A stretch of DNA of 64,000 bases from Planctomycetota bacterium (GTDB lineage: Bacteria; Planctomycetota; SZUA-567; H5-PLA8): NCBI GenBank assembly GCA_038227875.1, contig JBBRPR010000043.1:11877-75876 (forward strand), read 5' to 3'. Of this stretch, positions 27,025-36,337 are shown piece by piece; positions within the stretch are counted from its first letter, which is position 1; the number at the start of each line of letters is the position of its first letter. The notes beneath the pieces are model-generated. The model worked only from the letters and a program-made list of their open reading frames with translations. It was not told the origin of the DNA and made no database searches. The translations under genes were made by a program, and so were the position numbers.

Positions 27025-28485
27025 TTACTTCTCGCCTTCGATCTTCGCGCTGGTCTGCAGGTCGGTCGCGAGACTGGCGCGGCGGTCGTGGATCAGGTTG
27101 ACGTAGACGTGCTCCGCAGCCTCGTCGAAAGTGACATCCTGCTGATCGAGGCATTTCAGGATGTGCCAGCCGAAGTCGCTGCGCACCGGCGGTGAGATTT
27201 CACCGGGCTTGAGCTTCGCCGCGGCATCGCGGACCGCGACGTCGCAGGGCGGCATCAGCACCGTTTCTTTGCCAACGCGGCCGATGGTGCCGCCGACGCG
27301 GGAGCTTTCGACATCATCGGAGAACTTCTTCGCGGTCGCGACGAAATCGGTCTTTGCCGGTTCGACCAGGGAATCGATCTTCGGCTTCGCGGCGGCGAAT
27401 TGTTCATCGCGGCGCTGCGCCACATAAGTATTGAGCGGCGCGTGGCCGGGTACTTTCCACGCGGGAGTGTACGGACGGCCTTCCGGGTCGAGCACGCGGA
27501 TGAAGATGTGCGCGATCAACGGTTCGGTGCGGTTGTAGCGCTTGGGATTGTTTTTGAATTCCGCCTGGAGCTGCGCCGCGCCAATCTTCGCGCGCGCCAG
27601 CTTGGTCATGGTCGCGTCGATGCGCGTGAGGCGATTGTGGATGAACTGTTCCGGCGTGATGCCCTGCGCCGCGAGCATCTGGCGCATCACCACGCGTCCC
27701 GGCGCGAAGGGCGGTTCCAGTTCCTTCTGGCGGCAGAGGTAGCTGAAGTGGAATTCCAGATCGTCCTCGGTGATCTCAAGTTTCGCCTTGGCCAGCGCGT
27801 GCTGGAAGATCTTCTCCAGTTTCAGCGCCTCCAGGCAGCGTTCAAATTCGCTCTTGGTGAACTGGCTGTGCGCTTCGGCGATGAAGTCGCGAATCATCTG
27901 CTTGCTGTAACCGCGGCCGCCGATGCGCACACCTTCGCCGCCGCCCAGTTCCTTGGGATCTTTGACGATGCCCTTCTCGGAAAGCCGCTTTTCGAGCAAT
28001 TGCTGCAGAGCCTCGCGGAACGCGCGGTCGTCGGTGTGCGCGTCGGGCTTGACGATTTTCTCCTGCTGAAACAGGCGCAGCATCGCCACCGCTTCGCGGG
28101 TCTGGCGGCGCAGCACGGACATCTGCAGGTTGAATTTGCTCGCCAGGTTTTCCGGCGTCAGGTCCTTGGGATCCAGTCCGGGAATTTTGTCGGCATAGGT
28201 TTTCAGGAGGTACTTTACTTCCTGGTCGGCGTCCGCATCGGTCACCGTGATCTTGCCCAGCTCAATTTCATCTTGCGTCAGCGCGTGCTGGACGAAGCCT
28301 TCGAGTTCCTTGTCCCAGACTTCTTCGATCTTGAGATCGATCAGGTCCTTGCCCAGAATCGGATCGCCGTCGATTTTGCTATAAATGTGCGCTTCGTCGA
28401 TGGCCACCAGCGGCTCTTCGTCGAGCGCCCAGACGGACGCTGAGACGGCGCAGCACACCAGCACGGCAAGGAAACGGTTAGCCAT
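27025..28485 (-). CDS. Secreted peptidyl-prolyl isomerase (SurA/PrsA-like parvulin)
   Basis: Signal peptide; IAHIFI, AKKFSDD, GGTIG, LKPGEISPPVRSDFGWHILK. Confidence 0.87.
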   Translation of the reverse strand: MANRFLAVLVCCAVSASVWALDEEPLVAIDEAHIYSKIDGDPILGKDLIDLKIEEVWDKELEGFVQHALTQDEIELGKITVTDADADQEVKYLLKTYADKIPGLDPKDLTPENLASKFNLQMSVLRRQTREAVAMLRLFQQEKIVKPDAHTDDRAFREALQQLLEKRLSEKGIVKDPKELGGGEGVRIGGRGYSKQMIRDFIAEAHSQFTKSEFERCLEALKLEKIFQHALAKAKLEITEDDLEFHFSYLCRQKELEPPFAPGRVVMRQMLAAQGITPEQFIHNRLTRIDATMTKLARAKIGAAQLQAEFKNNPKRYNRTEPLIAHIFIRVLDPEGRPYTPAWKVPGHAPLNTYVAQRRDEQFAAAKPKIDSLVEPAKTDFVATAKKFSDDVESSRVGGTIGRVGKETVLMPPCDVAVRDAAAKLKPGEISPPVRSDFGWHILKCLDQQDVTFDEAAEHVYVNLIHDRRASLATDLQTSAKIEGEK

Positions 28486-28739
28486 GCCGTATGTTTAGTC
28501 CCTTTTCAGCACGCCCGCAAGCGGAGAGGAGTGGGGGAAGGGATCGAGTGGCGAGCGACGAATGAAGATAACGAATGACGAAAATACCCGCAAGGGGTGG
28601 GCTGGCGAGTCGGTTGCGCGGGTTGCTCCAGTTTGGCCGGCTGGAACTTGGCGGCGAGTTCGTGGCGATTGAGCGTCAGTAGGCGCTGGTGCTCATCGGC
28701 GGGTTATTCGTTTGTCATTCATCAGAGGCGACACTCCCG

Positions 28740-29183
28740 TTATTTGCTCCGCTCTGTGATGTGGGGGTCGAAGTAGTGGTCCATGGCGAGGAAGAGCGAC
28801 TTGGAATGGCGAATGAACATGAAATTCAGCACGGGTAGCGGCGGAATAAAGAGCATCAGCATCTGAGCGGTGGTCAGGTTGAAATAGTCACCGATGGTGA
28901 ATATGGAAATCAGGCCCAGCATCCCCACGATGCCGTAGTTGAAACCCCAAGTCGAGAGCAGGAAGTAACCGTTCTCGCGGTTGTAGGCGTAGCCGCAGCG
29001 CGGGCAGCCGTCGAGCGGCTCCATCCAATCGGAGAAGCGCTTCATCTTGTGGACAGGAACGAAGACCGGCGAGATCCCGCACTCGGGGCAGCACAGCCGC
29101 ATCCCGCGCTTGAAGAAACTCCACGCTTCTGGTTCGGGTCGGGTCCGCTTGATTTTGGTCAATTGCTGCTGTTGCTGCGCCAT
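28740..29183 (-). CDS. DUF983-like membrane protein with two CxxC motifs
   Basis: CPECG...CPRCGYAYNRENGYFL followed by two TM helices; the likely start is ATG 29183, not the long ORF start at 29846. Confidence 0.78.
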   Translation of the reverse strand: MAQQQQQLTKIKRTRPEPEAWSFFKRGMRLCCPECGISPVFVPVHKMKRFSDWMEPLDGCPRCGYAYNRENGYFLLSTWGFNYGIVGMLGLISIFTIGDYFNLTTAQMLMLFIPPLPVLNFMFIRHSKSLFLAMDHYFDPHITERSK

Positions 29184-29414
29184 CGGACTCAAGCCCCCAG
29201 ATTGCATATGTATTGCGAGATTATTCCGTGATCCAGCCGCGGTAGATAAAAAGCAATTCGCGGGCCGAACTGGAATTGCCACGGTGGCGCGGAACGCACC
29301 GGGGAGTAGACTGCGGCGACAGGACTTACGCTTCCGGAACTCTCCCGAACGACGCGGCGCGATTCCGGATTGCGATAAAGCGTTTCTCGTTTTTGAACAC
29401 GGTGGAGACCAGGT

Positions 29415-29963
29415 ATGAAACGCGTCTTCTTCGTGGCCTTGCTGGCGGCCGCTGTCATCGTGGCAATCTGGATGTACCTCCACACGCCTCAATCCAAACC
29501 ACCGGTCGTTGGTCCTGTCACAGTTCCGCCGATGACGACTCCGCCGGGAACTCTGCCGAACGGGCCACTGATTTACGAAGACGACATTTCCAACCGGGAT
29601 ATCCAATGGGAAGACAGCGGTCGGGCCGCAGGTCTGCTGCATGTTAACGAAGCCGTAACCGGAGCCGGTAACGTGAAGGTTGCCACGCGGCAGGTTGGCG
29701 AAGCCCGCTGGGTGCTGCTGCTGACGCCAGGAATGCAGAAGTACGCCTCGCTGGACGGCACTTGGCAGCTGGGTGATTTTCCGGAACTGGCGACCGCCGG
29801 TTTTCAAGATCCGCCGCCGCCGATCCTGCGCGGGATGAGCATCCACCGTTCGCTGACCCGGGCGGAGATGAAGTACTCCGTTGCAGCCGGAGACCGGATC
29901 GTGGTTCTCGTCTGCCCAAAGGAAGTGTGGGATCGGCTGAACTTGCGCTGGCCGGCCAAATAA
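29415..29963 (+). CDS. Hypothetical membrane-anchored or secreted protein
   Basis: GGAG RBS; N-terminal hydrophobic helix followed by a Pro-rich linker. Confidence 0.7.
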   Translation: MKRVFFVALLAAAVIVAIWMYLHTPQSKPPVVGPVTVPPMTTPPGTLPNGPLIYEDDISNRDIQWEDSGRAAGLLHVNEAVTGAGNVKVATRQVGEARWVLLLTPGMQKYASLDGTWQLGDFPELATAGFQDPPPPILRGMSIHRSLTRAEMKYSVAAGDRIVVLVCPKEVWDRLNLRWPAK

Positions 29964-30145
29964 CGCTCGGCGGCAAGCCTTTCCGGGCCGAAAAAATCAT
30001 CGCACGTTGTGTGAAATCGCAAGTTTAACTAGAAAAAGGTATGAACATTTTTGGTAGGCTATTAAGCTTCTCCGATCATCCGTGACACATAGCGCCTTCT
30101 GAGCCCATTACGTACATCTATTCCGTTCGAAGGAGCTGCTCTTCG

Positions 30146-33100
30146 ATGCGTCGTTGGTTGCCTTCCTTATTGCTCCTGATGTTCATCAGCTGCGCGCTGC
30201 ATGCGGCGAGTATTCCCACGGGCGCCGTCGGCGTGCAGATTGCGGCGCCGGCCGATCCGCTTCACGTTGCGAAATACGACAAGTTGGAACTGCTCGTCAG
30301 TCTGACGACCTCCGCGACGAACAATTTCAATCCAGATCCGACGACTGGCGTGGATCTCAACGCGACCTTCACGGCGCCTGACGCATCTACCACGAAAGTC
30401 AACGGCTTCTACGACGGCTCAAGCTGGCGCGTACGCTTTGCGCCGACGCAGTTGGGCAACTGGACGTTCACGGTTTCGGCGACGGACAGCGGCGGCACAG
30501 CCACGTGGACAGGGGGCAGCTTTACCTGTGTGGCGTCGAGCAGCCCCGGGTTTGCGAAGATTGATGGCACGTACCTGCGCTTTTCCGAAGGGCAGGCGAT
30601 GTTTGCGATCGGGCACAATAACGGCTGGCTTTACGACGTTGAACAGCCGTCGTTCTCCAGCATGGCGGCGCAGGGCGAGAATCTGCTCAGCTTCTGGCTC
30701 AATTCGCCCTGGAAAACTCCGGGGGAAGCTGAGCCGCGTTGCCCGATCGAAAATGTCACGCAGGGCATCGGCGTCTACAACCAGCCGGCTTGCGCATACC
30801 TGGATGGCGTGGTCGCACGCGCGGAGAGCGCGGGCGTGTATCTGCTGCCGAGCATCTGGTCGCACGGCAATCTGCGCTATTATAATACGGTAAGCGATCC
30901 GCAGAATCATCCGTGGGGCCAGGGCTGGTGGAGCAACAACGCGTACAGCGCGATCTGTTCGGCGGCGGATTTTTTCAACACGGGCGGCGGCACGGACACG
31001 GCGCAGTGGAAGTACCAGAAAAATTATTACCGCTACCTGATCGCGCGCTACGGTTACAGCCGCGCGATCATCGGCTGGGTGGCGGTGGTGGAGATTGAAG
31101 GCACAACCGGCTACGGGGTCAGCGGACAGCCCGCCGGTTACGCCAATGCGGCGCAGGCGCGGACGTGGTGCGCGGCGGTACGCAATTACTTCGCGGCCAA
31201 CGATCCGTTCCGCTTGAGCTCGAGTAGCAAGTATCCGATCTCCGTCAGCCAGACCGATTACTACAATACCGAAACAACGTGGGCCAGCGGCTGCGACATG
31301 TCCGCAGCCGATTCCTACACGAAGCAGACCGACGCCACAGCGGTGGCGACGGCGATCGCCAACGAGATCGGCGGCGGCGGTGGCGTTACGGCGATGCGCG
31401 CGTCGGGGCGGCCGAGCTTCATGGCGGAATTTGGCGCGAGTGAACCGAATTCGAATTACAACACGTATCAGCCGAAGCATTTTCACAACGGGCTGTGGGC
31501 AGGCACGGCGGCCGGCAGTTGCTTGGCACCTTTATTGTGGTGCGACGAAGGAAACTTCCCGATGCTGACCGACGCGAACATCGGAACGCAACTCCGCGCG
31601 CAATTGCAGCATCTCCAGGAATTCACGTCCAGCATAGTTTACATCGATGCGCCGAGTTTTGCGCCGCTGACCGTTTCGGTTGGATCGGGCTTCAACGCGC
31701 GAGGCATGGGCCTGGCCGACCGCGGCTTTGGCTGGATTCAGAACACGGCCGGAAATGTGGGCGGACAGACGCTGACGGTCTCGGGGCTGACAGCGGGAAA
31801 ATACAATGTCTTCTGGTACGACACGTGGACGAGCGGATCGACGCCGCTGTCGCTTCAGCCGCAAGTGATCACGGTGACCGGCACGGGCGTGTTGACGGCG
31901 ACGGTGCCGACGCCCGGCACGGCACGCGCGGACCTGGCGTTCAAGTTTTTCCTGAACGCGGCGCCGACGATTGCTGTCGCGGCGACGGCGAGCCCGAGTC
32001 CGGTGATTGGCACAACAACGACGCTGAGCGTGCTGGGGGCGGACGACACGAGCGAAGCGTATCTCACCTATCAGTGGGCGGTCGTGGGCACGCCACCGGC
32101 CGCGCCGGTGATTGCGATCAACAATTCCAACGTGGCCAAGTCGACGGGCGTGACATTTTCGAAAATCGGCAGCTATGGTTTCAAGGTAACGATTACCGAC
32201 ACCGCGGGTGCGACGGTCAGTAGCGGCACGGTCACGGTTCAGGTCAACGCGACGCCCACGTCGATCATCGTTTCACCGGCCAGCACCACCGTGCCGCTCA
32301 ATGGCAGCGCGAATTTTACGGCGCAGGTATTTGATCAGTTTGGCGCAGCGACTTCCGCGACGGTGGGTTACGCGGTCTCGGGCGGCGGCAGCATTGACGC
32401 GGCCGGACTATTCACGGCAGGCGCGATCGAAGGCGGGCCGTTTACCATCACCGCATCGGCGGGTTCGGCGAGTGGCACGGCGACCGTGGGCATCATCAAC
32501 GCGGCTCCGTCGATTTCCGCAACCACGGCCAATCCCACGACCGTAAGCGGCACGTCCACGGCGCTGAGCGTCACCGCGACCGACGATGGCGGCGAAGCGG
32601 GCTTGTGCTACACGTGGGCCGTGACGGCGGCACCGCCGGGCGGGACTGCTGTTTTCAGTCTCAACGGTTCGAACGGGGCGAAGAATTCCACGGCAACGTT
32701 CACCAAGGCGGGTGCCTATACATTCTCTGTCGTGGCGGCCGACGGCGGCGGTCTCAACGCGAGCAGCACAGTCAGCGTCACGGTCTCGCAGACGGCCACG
32801 ACGGTCCTGGTTGCGCCGGCCACGGTGTCCATCGCCGAATTTTCGACGCAACAGTATACGGCCAGCATCGCCGACCAGTTCGGCGCAGCAATAGTGGCAA
32901 CGCCGGCGTGGTCGGTGACCGGCGGAGGTTCGATCAACGGCGCAGGGCTTTACACGGCGGGACTCGCGGGCGGCGCGACAGTGAAAGCCACGAGCGGTGC
33001 GGCGAGCGGTTCGGCGAGCGTGACGATCGTTCACATCAACACTGCGCCGGTCATTTCCGCGGCGTCGGCCACTCCCGCGACGGTCAGTGGAACCACCAGC

Positions 33101-36100
33101 GCGCTTTCCGTCACCGCGACGGATGATGGTGGTGAGGCGGGGTTGACGTATGCGTGGTCGGTCGTCAGCGCTCCGAATGGCGCGACAGTGAATTTCACTC
33201 CCAATGGCACGAACGCCGCGAAGAATGCCAGTGCGCTGTTCAGCGCGCCGGGCAACTACCAGCTTTCAGTGAGCGCCGTCGACTCCGCGGCGTTGAGCGA
33301 TTCGAAGACGGTGAATGTGACGGTGCAGCAGACGCTGACGAGCATCGACGTCTCTCCCGCATCGCCGGTGGTCGTCTCGAATGGAACGCAACTCTTTACT
33401 GCGACTCCGCGCGATCAGTATGGATCGCCCATGGTCGCGCCCCTTATATGGAGCGTGAGCGGCGGCGGCAGCATCGATCAGAGCGGCAATCTGAACGCGC
33501 AGACGGCGGCGGGGTCGTTCACCGTGAACGCAACCAGCGGCGCGATTGTGGGCAGCACGAACTTCACTGTTTCGAATACGGCACCGGTGATCGCCGCCGT
33601 TACCGCGACGCCGGACACGGTCGCGGGCGCGACGACCAACTTGCAAGCCACGGCCAGCGACGATGGCGGCGAAGCGAACCTGACGTACGCATGGTCGCTG
33701 ACCAGCGCGCCCAGCGGCGGGTCGGCGAGTTTCAGCGCCACGGGTTCGCATGCGGCGCAGAATTCCACGGCGACGTTTACGAAGTCGGGCAACTATCTGT
33801 TGAACGTCACGGTGACCGACGGCGCGGGGCTGGCGAGTTCGTCGTCGGTTGGGGTCACGGTCGCGCAGACGCCGACGGTGATCACCGTTGCGCCGGGCAG
33901 CGTGGTGCTTGAACCCAACGTCACGCAGAATTTCAGCGCGACGGTCACCGATCAATTTGGCAGCGTTTTTTCCCCTGTACTAACGTGGAGCGTGGACGCC
34001 GGCGGCAGCATCGATTCCAGCGGCGTGTTTACCGCCGGTGCGGCACAGGGCGGGCCCTTCACGGTTTCCGCCGCCGCAGGCAGCGCGACGGGCACGGCGA
34101 GCGTATCCCTTCAGCACACCAACACCGCGCCGGTGATTGGCGCCGTCGCCGCGAATCCAACGACGGTCACCGGCACCACCAGCGCGCTGAGCGTGACCGC
34201 CAGCGACGACGGCGGCGAAGCGGGACTCGCGTACACCTGGGCCGTGACCAGCGCGCCCAGCGGAGGTTCGGCGAGCTTCAACCTCAACGGTTCGAACGCG
34301 GCGAAGAACGCGACGGCGACGTTCACGAAGGCCGGGACCTATGGGTTCTCGGTCACGGCGACGGATGGCGGGAATCTCACAGCGGTCGGGACGGTTTCCG
34401 TGACGGTAACGCAGACGGCCAGCGCGGTAGTCGTCACGCCGGCGAATGTGTCGCTCAACGAAAACGCGACGCAGCAGTACGCGGCGAGCATCACCGATCA
34501 GTTCGGCGCCACGTTGATCGCTACGCCGACCTGGTCGGCGACGGGGAATGGATCGGTCAACGCGTCTGGCCTCTTCACTTCAGGACTGGCGGGTGCGGCG
34601 AGCGTGAAGGCGACCAGCGGAGCGGCCAGCGGCACGGCGAGCGTAACGGTCGTTCATCTCAACACCGCGCCGGTGATCGGCGCCGTCGCCGCGAATCCCA
34701 CGACGGTGACCGGCACGACCAGCGCGCTGAGCGTGACCGCCAGCGACGACGGCGGCGAAGCGGGACTGAGCTACACGTGGGCCGTGACCTCAACGCCCAG
34801 CGGCGGTTCAGCGACCTTCAGCTTCAACGGAACGAATGCGGCAAAGAACGCGACGGCGACGTTCACGAAGGCCGGGACGTACGGGTTCTCGGTCACGGCG
34901 ATGGACGGCGGTAGTCTCTCGGCGGTCGGATCGGTTTCGGTGACGGTGACGCAGACGGCCAGCGCGGTAGTCGTCACGCCGGCGAATGTGTCGCTCAACG
35001 AAAACGCGACGCAGCAGTACGCGGCGAGCATCACCGATCAGTTCGGCGCTACCTTGATCGCCACGCCGACGTGGTCGGCGACGGGGAATGGATCGGTCAA
35101 TGCATCAGGATTTTTCACGGCAGGATTGGCGGGCGCGGCGAGCGTGAAAGCAACGAGCGGCGGGGCCAACGGCACAGCGAGCGTGACGATTGTTCATCTC
35201 AACACACCGCCGGTAATCGGAGCAGTGAATGTCGGCGCGAATCCGGTCTCGGGAACGAACACAACCTTGAGTGCCACGGCCAGCGACGATGCGGGCGAGC
35301 CGCTGCTGATTTACACATGGTCGGTGACGAGTGCACCGCCGGGCGGGTCGGCGAGCTTCAGTGCCAACGGCACGAACGCGGCGAAGAACGCGGTCGTCAC
35401 GTTCACGACGGCCGGTGCGTATACGTTTGGTTTGACAGTCAAAGACGGCGGCGGTCTGAGCGGCATCGGCAGCGTGTCGACGACAGTCAACGCTACACTC
35501 GGCGCGATGTCGATGTCGCCGACTTCAGCGATGCTACCCGTGAACGGATCGATGCAATTCAGCGCCACGGTCACGGATCAGTTCCAAAAATCGATGAGCG
35601 TAGCGTGGGCCGCGACGGGCGGGACGGTCAGCCCCACGGGAATTTACACCGCCGACACGACGCCGGGGACGTACGCGGTGACGATCTCGGCGGGCGGAAG
35701 TTCCCAGAACGCCACGGTTACGGTGGCGCAGGGCACGCTGACAGCCACGCTGGCGACTCCGGCGACTTCGACCAACCTCGCCACGGAAGGCACGACCGAC
35801 TGGGCGCATTGGGGCACGACCACGGCACTGAGTTACGACCACAAGGCCAACGTCACGCCGCAGATCAGCACGTTCGCCAAAGTGGGCAACGGCACGGTCA
35901 CACGCGTGACCACCGGAGCGACTGCGACGTGGACCGGCGGCACGCCGACGGCCAAGGGTTCCGGAAAAACCGGGCTGCTCACGACGGGCGTGAACAACGG
36001 CTACTCCATCACGGTGCCCGCCACGTCCGCCGTGCAGCGCTTGAATGTCTACGTCGGCGTCTACAAGGCGAAGGGCAAGCTCACCGCAACGCTCAGCGAC

Positions 36101-36331
36101 GGCAGCGCCGTGAGTTACGTGGACACGTCGGTGACCACCGCTTCAGGAACGCTCAACCGCGTTTACTCCTTCCAGTTCGCGGCTGTCAACCCCGGCGCAA
36201 CGCTGACGGTGACGTGGACGATGGTGTCAGGCAGTAGCGGCGGCGGCGTGACGCTGCAGTCGGCGACGCTGGGCAGCGGAGCGCTGACGGGCGCGAAAAT
36301 CGCAGGCGTGACGGGATCGAAGAAGAAGTAA
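30146..36331 (+). CDS. Large secreted protein: DUF5060-like Ig domain + clan GH-A-like TIM barrel + tandem PKD/bacterial-Ig repeats
   Basis: AAGGAG RBS; signal peptide; GFYDG..WRVRFAPT..G.W; RYLIARYG, VEIE and MAEFG acid/nucleophile-like motifs; about seven N.AP...DDGGEA.L.Y.W / DQFG modules. Confidence 0.85.
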   Translation: MRRWLPSLLLLMFISCALHAASIPTGAVGVQIAAPADPLHVAKYDKLELLVSLTTSATNNFNPDPTTGVDLNATFTAPDASTTKVNGFYDGSSWRVRFAPTQLGNWTFTVSATDSGGTATWTGGSFTCVASSSPGFAKIDGTYLRFSEGQAMFAIGHNNGWLYDVEQPSFSSMAAQGENLLSFWLNSPWKTPGEAEPRCPIENVTQGIGVYNQPACAYLDGVVARAESAGVYLLPSIWSHGNLRYYNTVSDPQNHPWGQGWWSNNAYSAICSAADFFNTGGGTDTAQWKYQKNYYRYLIARYGYSRAIIGWVAVVEIEGTTGYGVSGQPAGYANAAQARTWCAAVRNYFAANDPFRLSSSSKYPISVSQTDYYNTETTWASGCDMSAADSYTKQTDATAVATAIANEIGGGGGVTAMRASGRPSFMAEFGASEPNSNYNTYQPKHFHNGLWAGTAAGSCLAPLLWCDEGNFPMLTDANIGTQLRAQLQHLQEFTSSIVYIDAPSFAPLTVSVGSGFNARGMGLADRGFGWIQNTAGNVGGQTLTVSGLTAGKYNVFWYDTWTSGSTPLSLQPQVITVTGTGVLTATVPTPGTARADLAFKFFLNAAPTIAVAATASPSPVIGTTTTLSVLGADDTSEAYLTYQWAVVGTPPAAPVIAINNSNVAKSTGVTFSKIGSYGFKVTITDTAGATVSSGTVTVQVNATPTSIIVSPASTTVPLNGSANFTAQVFDQFGAATSATVGYAVSGGGSIDAAGLFTAGAIEGGPFTITASAGSASGTATVGIINAAPSISATTANPTTVSGTSTALSVTATDDGGEAGLCYTWAVTAAPPGGTAVFSLNGSNGAKNSTATFTKAGAYTFSVVAADGGGLNASSTVSVTVSQTATTVLVAPATVSIAEFSTQQYTASIADQFGAAIVATPAWSVTGGGSINGAGLYTAGLAGGATVKATSGAASGSASVTIVHINTAPVISAASATPATVSGTTSALSVTATDDGGEAGLTYAWSVVSAPNGATVNFTPNGTNAAKNASALFSAPGNYQLSVSAVDSAALSDSKTVNVTVQQTLTSIDVSPASPVVVSNGTQLFTATPRDQYGSPMVAPLIWSVSGGGSIDQSGNLNAQTAAGSFTVNATSGAIVGSTNFTVSNTAPVIAAVTATPDTVAGATTNLQATASDDGGEANLTYAWSLTSAPSGGSASFSATGSHAAQNSTATFTKSGNYLLNVTVTDGAGLASSSSVGVTVAQTPTVITVAPGSVVLEPNVTQNFSATVTDQFGSVFSPVLTWSVDAGGSIDSSGVFTAGAAQGGPFTVSAAAGSATGTASVSLQHTNTAPVIGAVAANPTTVTGTTSALSVTASDDGGEAGLAYTWAVTSAPSGGSASFNLNGSNAAKNATATFTKAGTYGFSVTATDGGNLTAVGTVSVTVTQTASAVVVTPANVSLNENATQQYAASITDQFGATLIATPTWSATGNGSVNASGLFTSGLAGAASVKATSGAASGTASVTVVHLNTAPVIGAVAANPTTVTGTTSALSVTASDDGGEAGLSYTWAVTSTPSGGSATFSFNGTNAAKNATATFTKAGTYGFSVTAMDGGSLSAVGSVSVTVTQTASAVVVTPANVSLNENATQQYAASITDQFGATLIATPTWSATGNGSVNASGFFTAGLAGAASVKATSGGANGTASVTIVHLNTPPVIGAVNVGANPVSGTNTTLSATASDDAGEPLLIYTWSVTSAPPGGSASFSANGTNAAKNAVVTFTTAGAYTFGLTVKDGGGLSGIGSVSTTVNATLGAMSMSPTSAMLPVNGSMQFSATVTDQFQKSMSVAWAATGGTVSPTGIYTADTTPGTYAVTISAGGSSQNATVTVAQGTLTATLATPATSTNLATEGTTDWAHWGTTTALSYDHKANVTPQISTFAKVGNGTVTRVTTGATATWTGGTPTAKGSGKTGLLTTGVNNGYSITVPATSAVQRLNVYVGVYKAKGKLTATLSDGSAVSYVDTSVTTASGTLNRVYSFQFAAVNPGATLTVTWTMVSGSSGGGVTLQSATLGSGALTGAKIAGVTGSKKK
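34121..35200 (+). repeat. 540-bp intragenic tandem duplication
   Basis: Units start at 34121 and 34661, with the next module at 35201; 34411-34509 is identical to 34951-35049. Confidence 0.9.
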
Positions 36332-36337
36332 ACTCTC

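Noticed and set aside
29190..29410. Possible riboswitch or sRNA in the divergent intergenic region
   Set aside because: I recognise no conserved aptamer motif or terminator.
29184..29846. Long N-terminal extension of the DUF983-like ORF
   Set aside because: It overlaps the 29415..29963 gene on the other strand and reads as non-coding.
32500..35700. Repeats as a CRISPR array or a diversity-generating retroelement template
   Set aside because: They are in-frame protein domain repeats with mostly synonymous differences; there is no repeat-spacer pattern, cas gene or reverse transcriptase.
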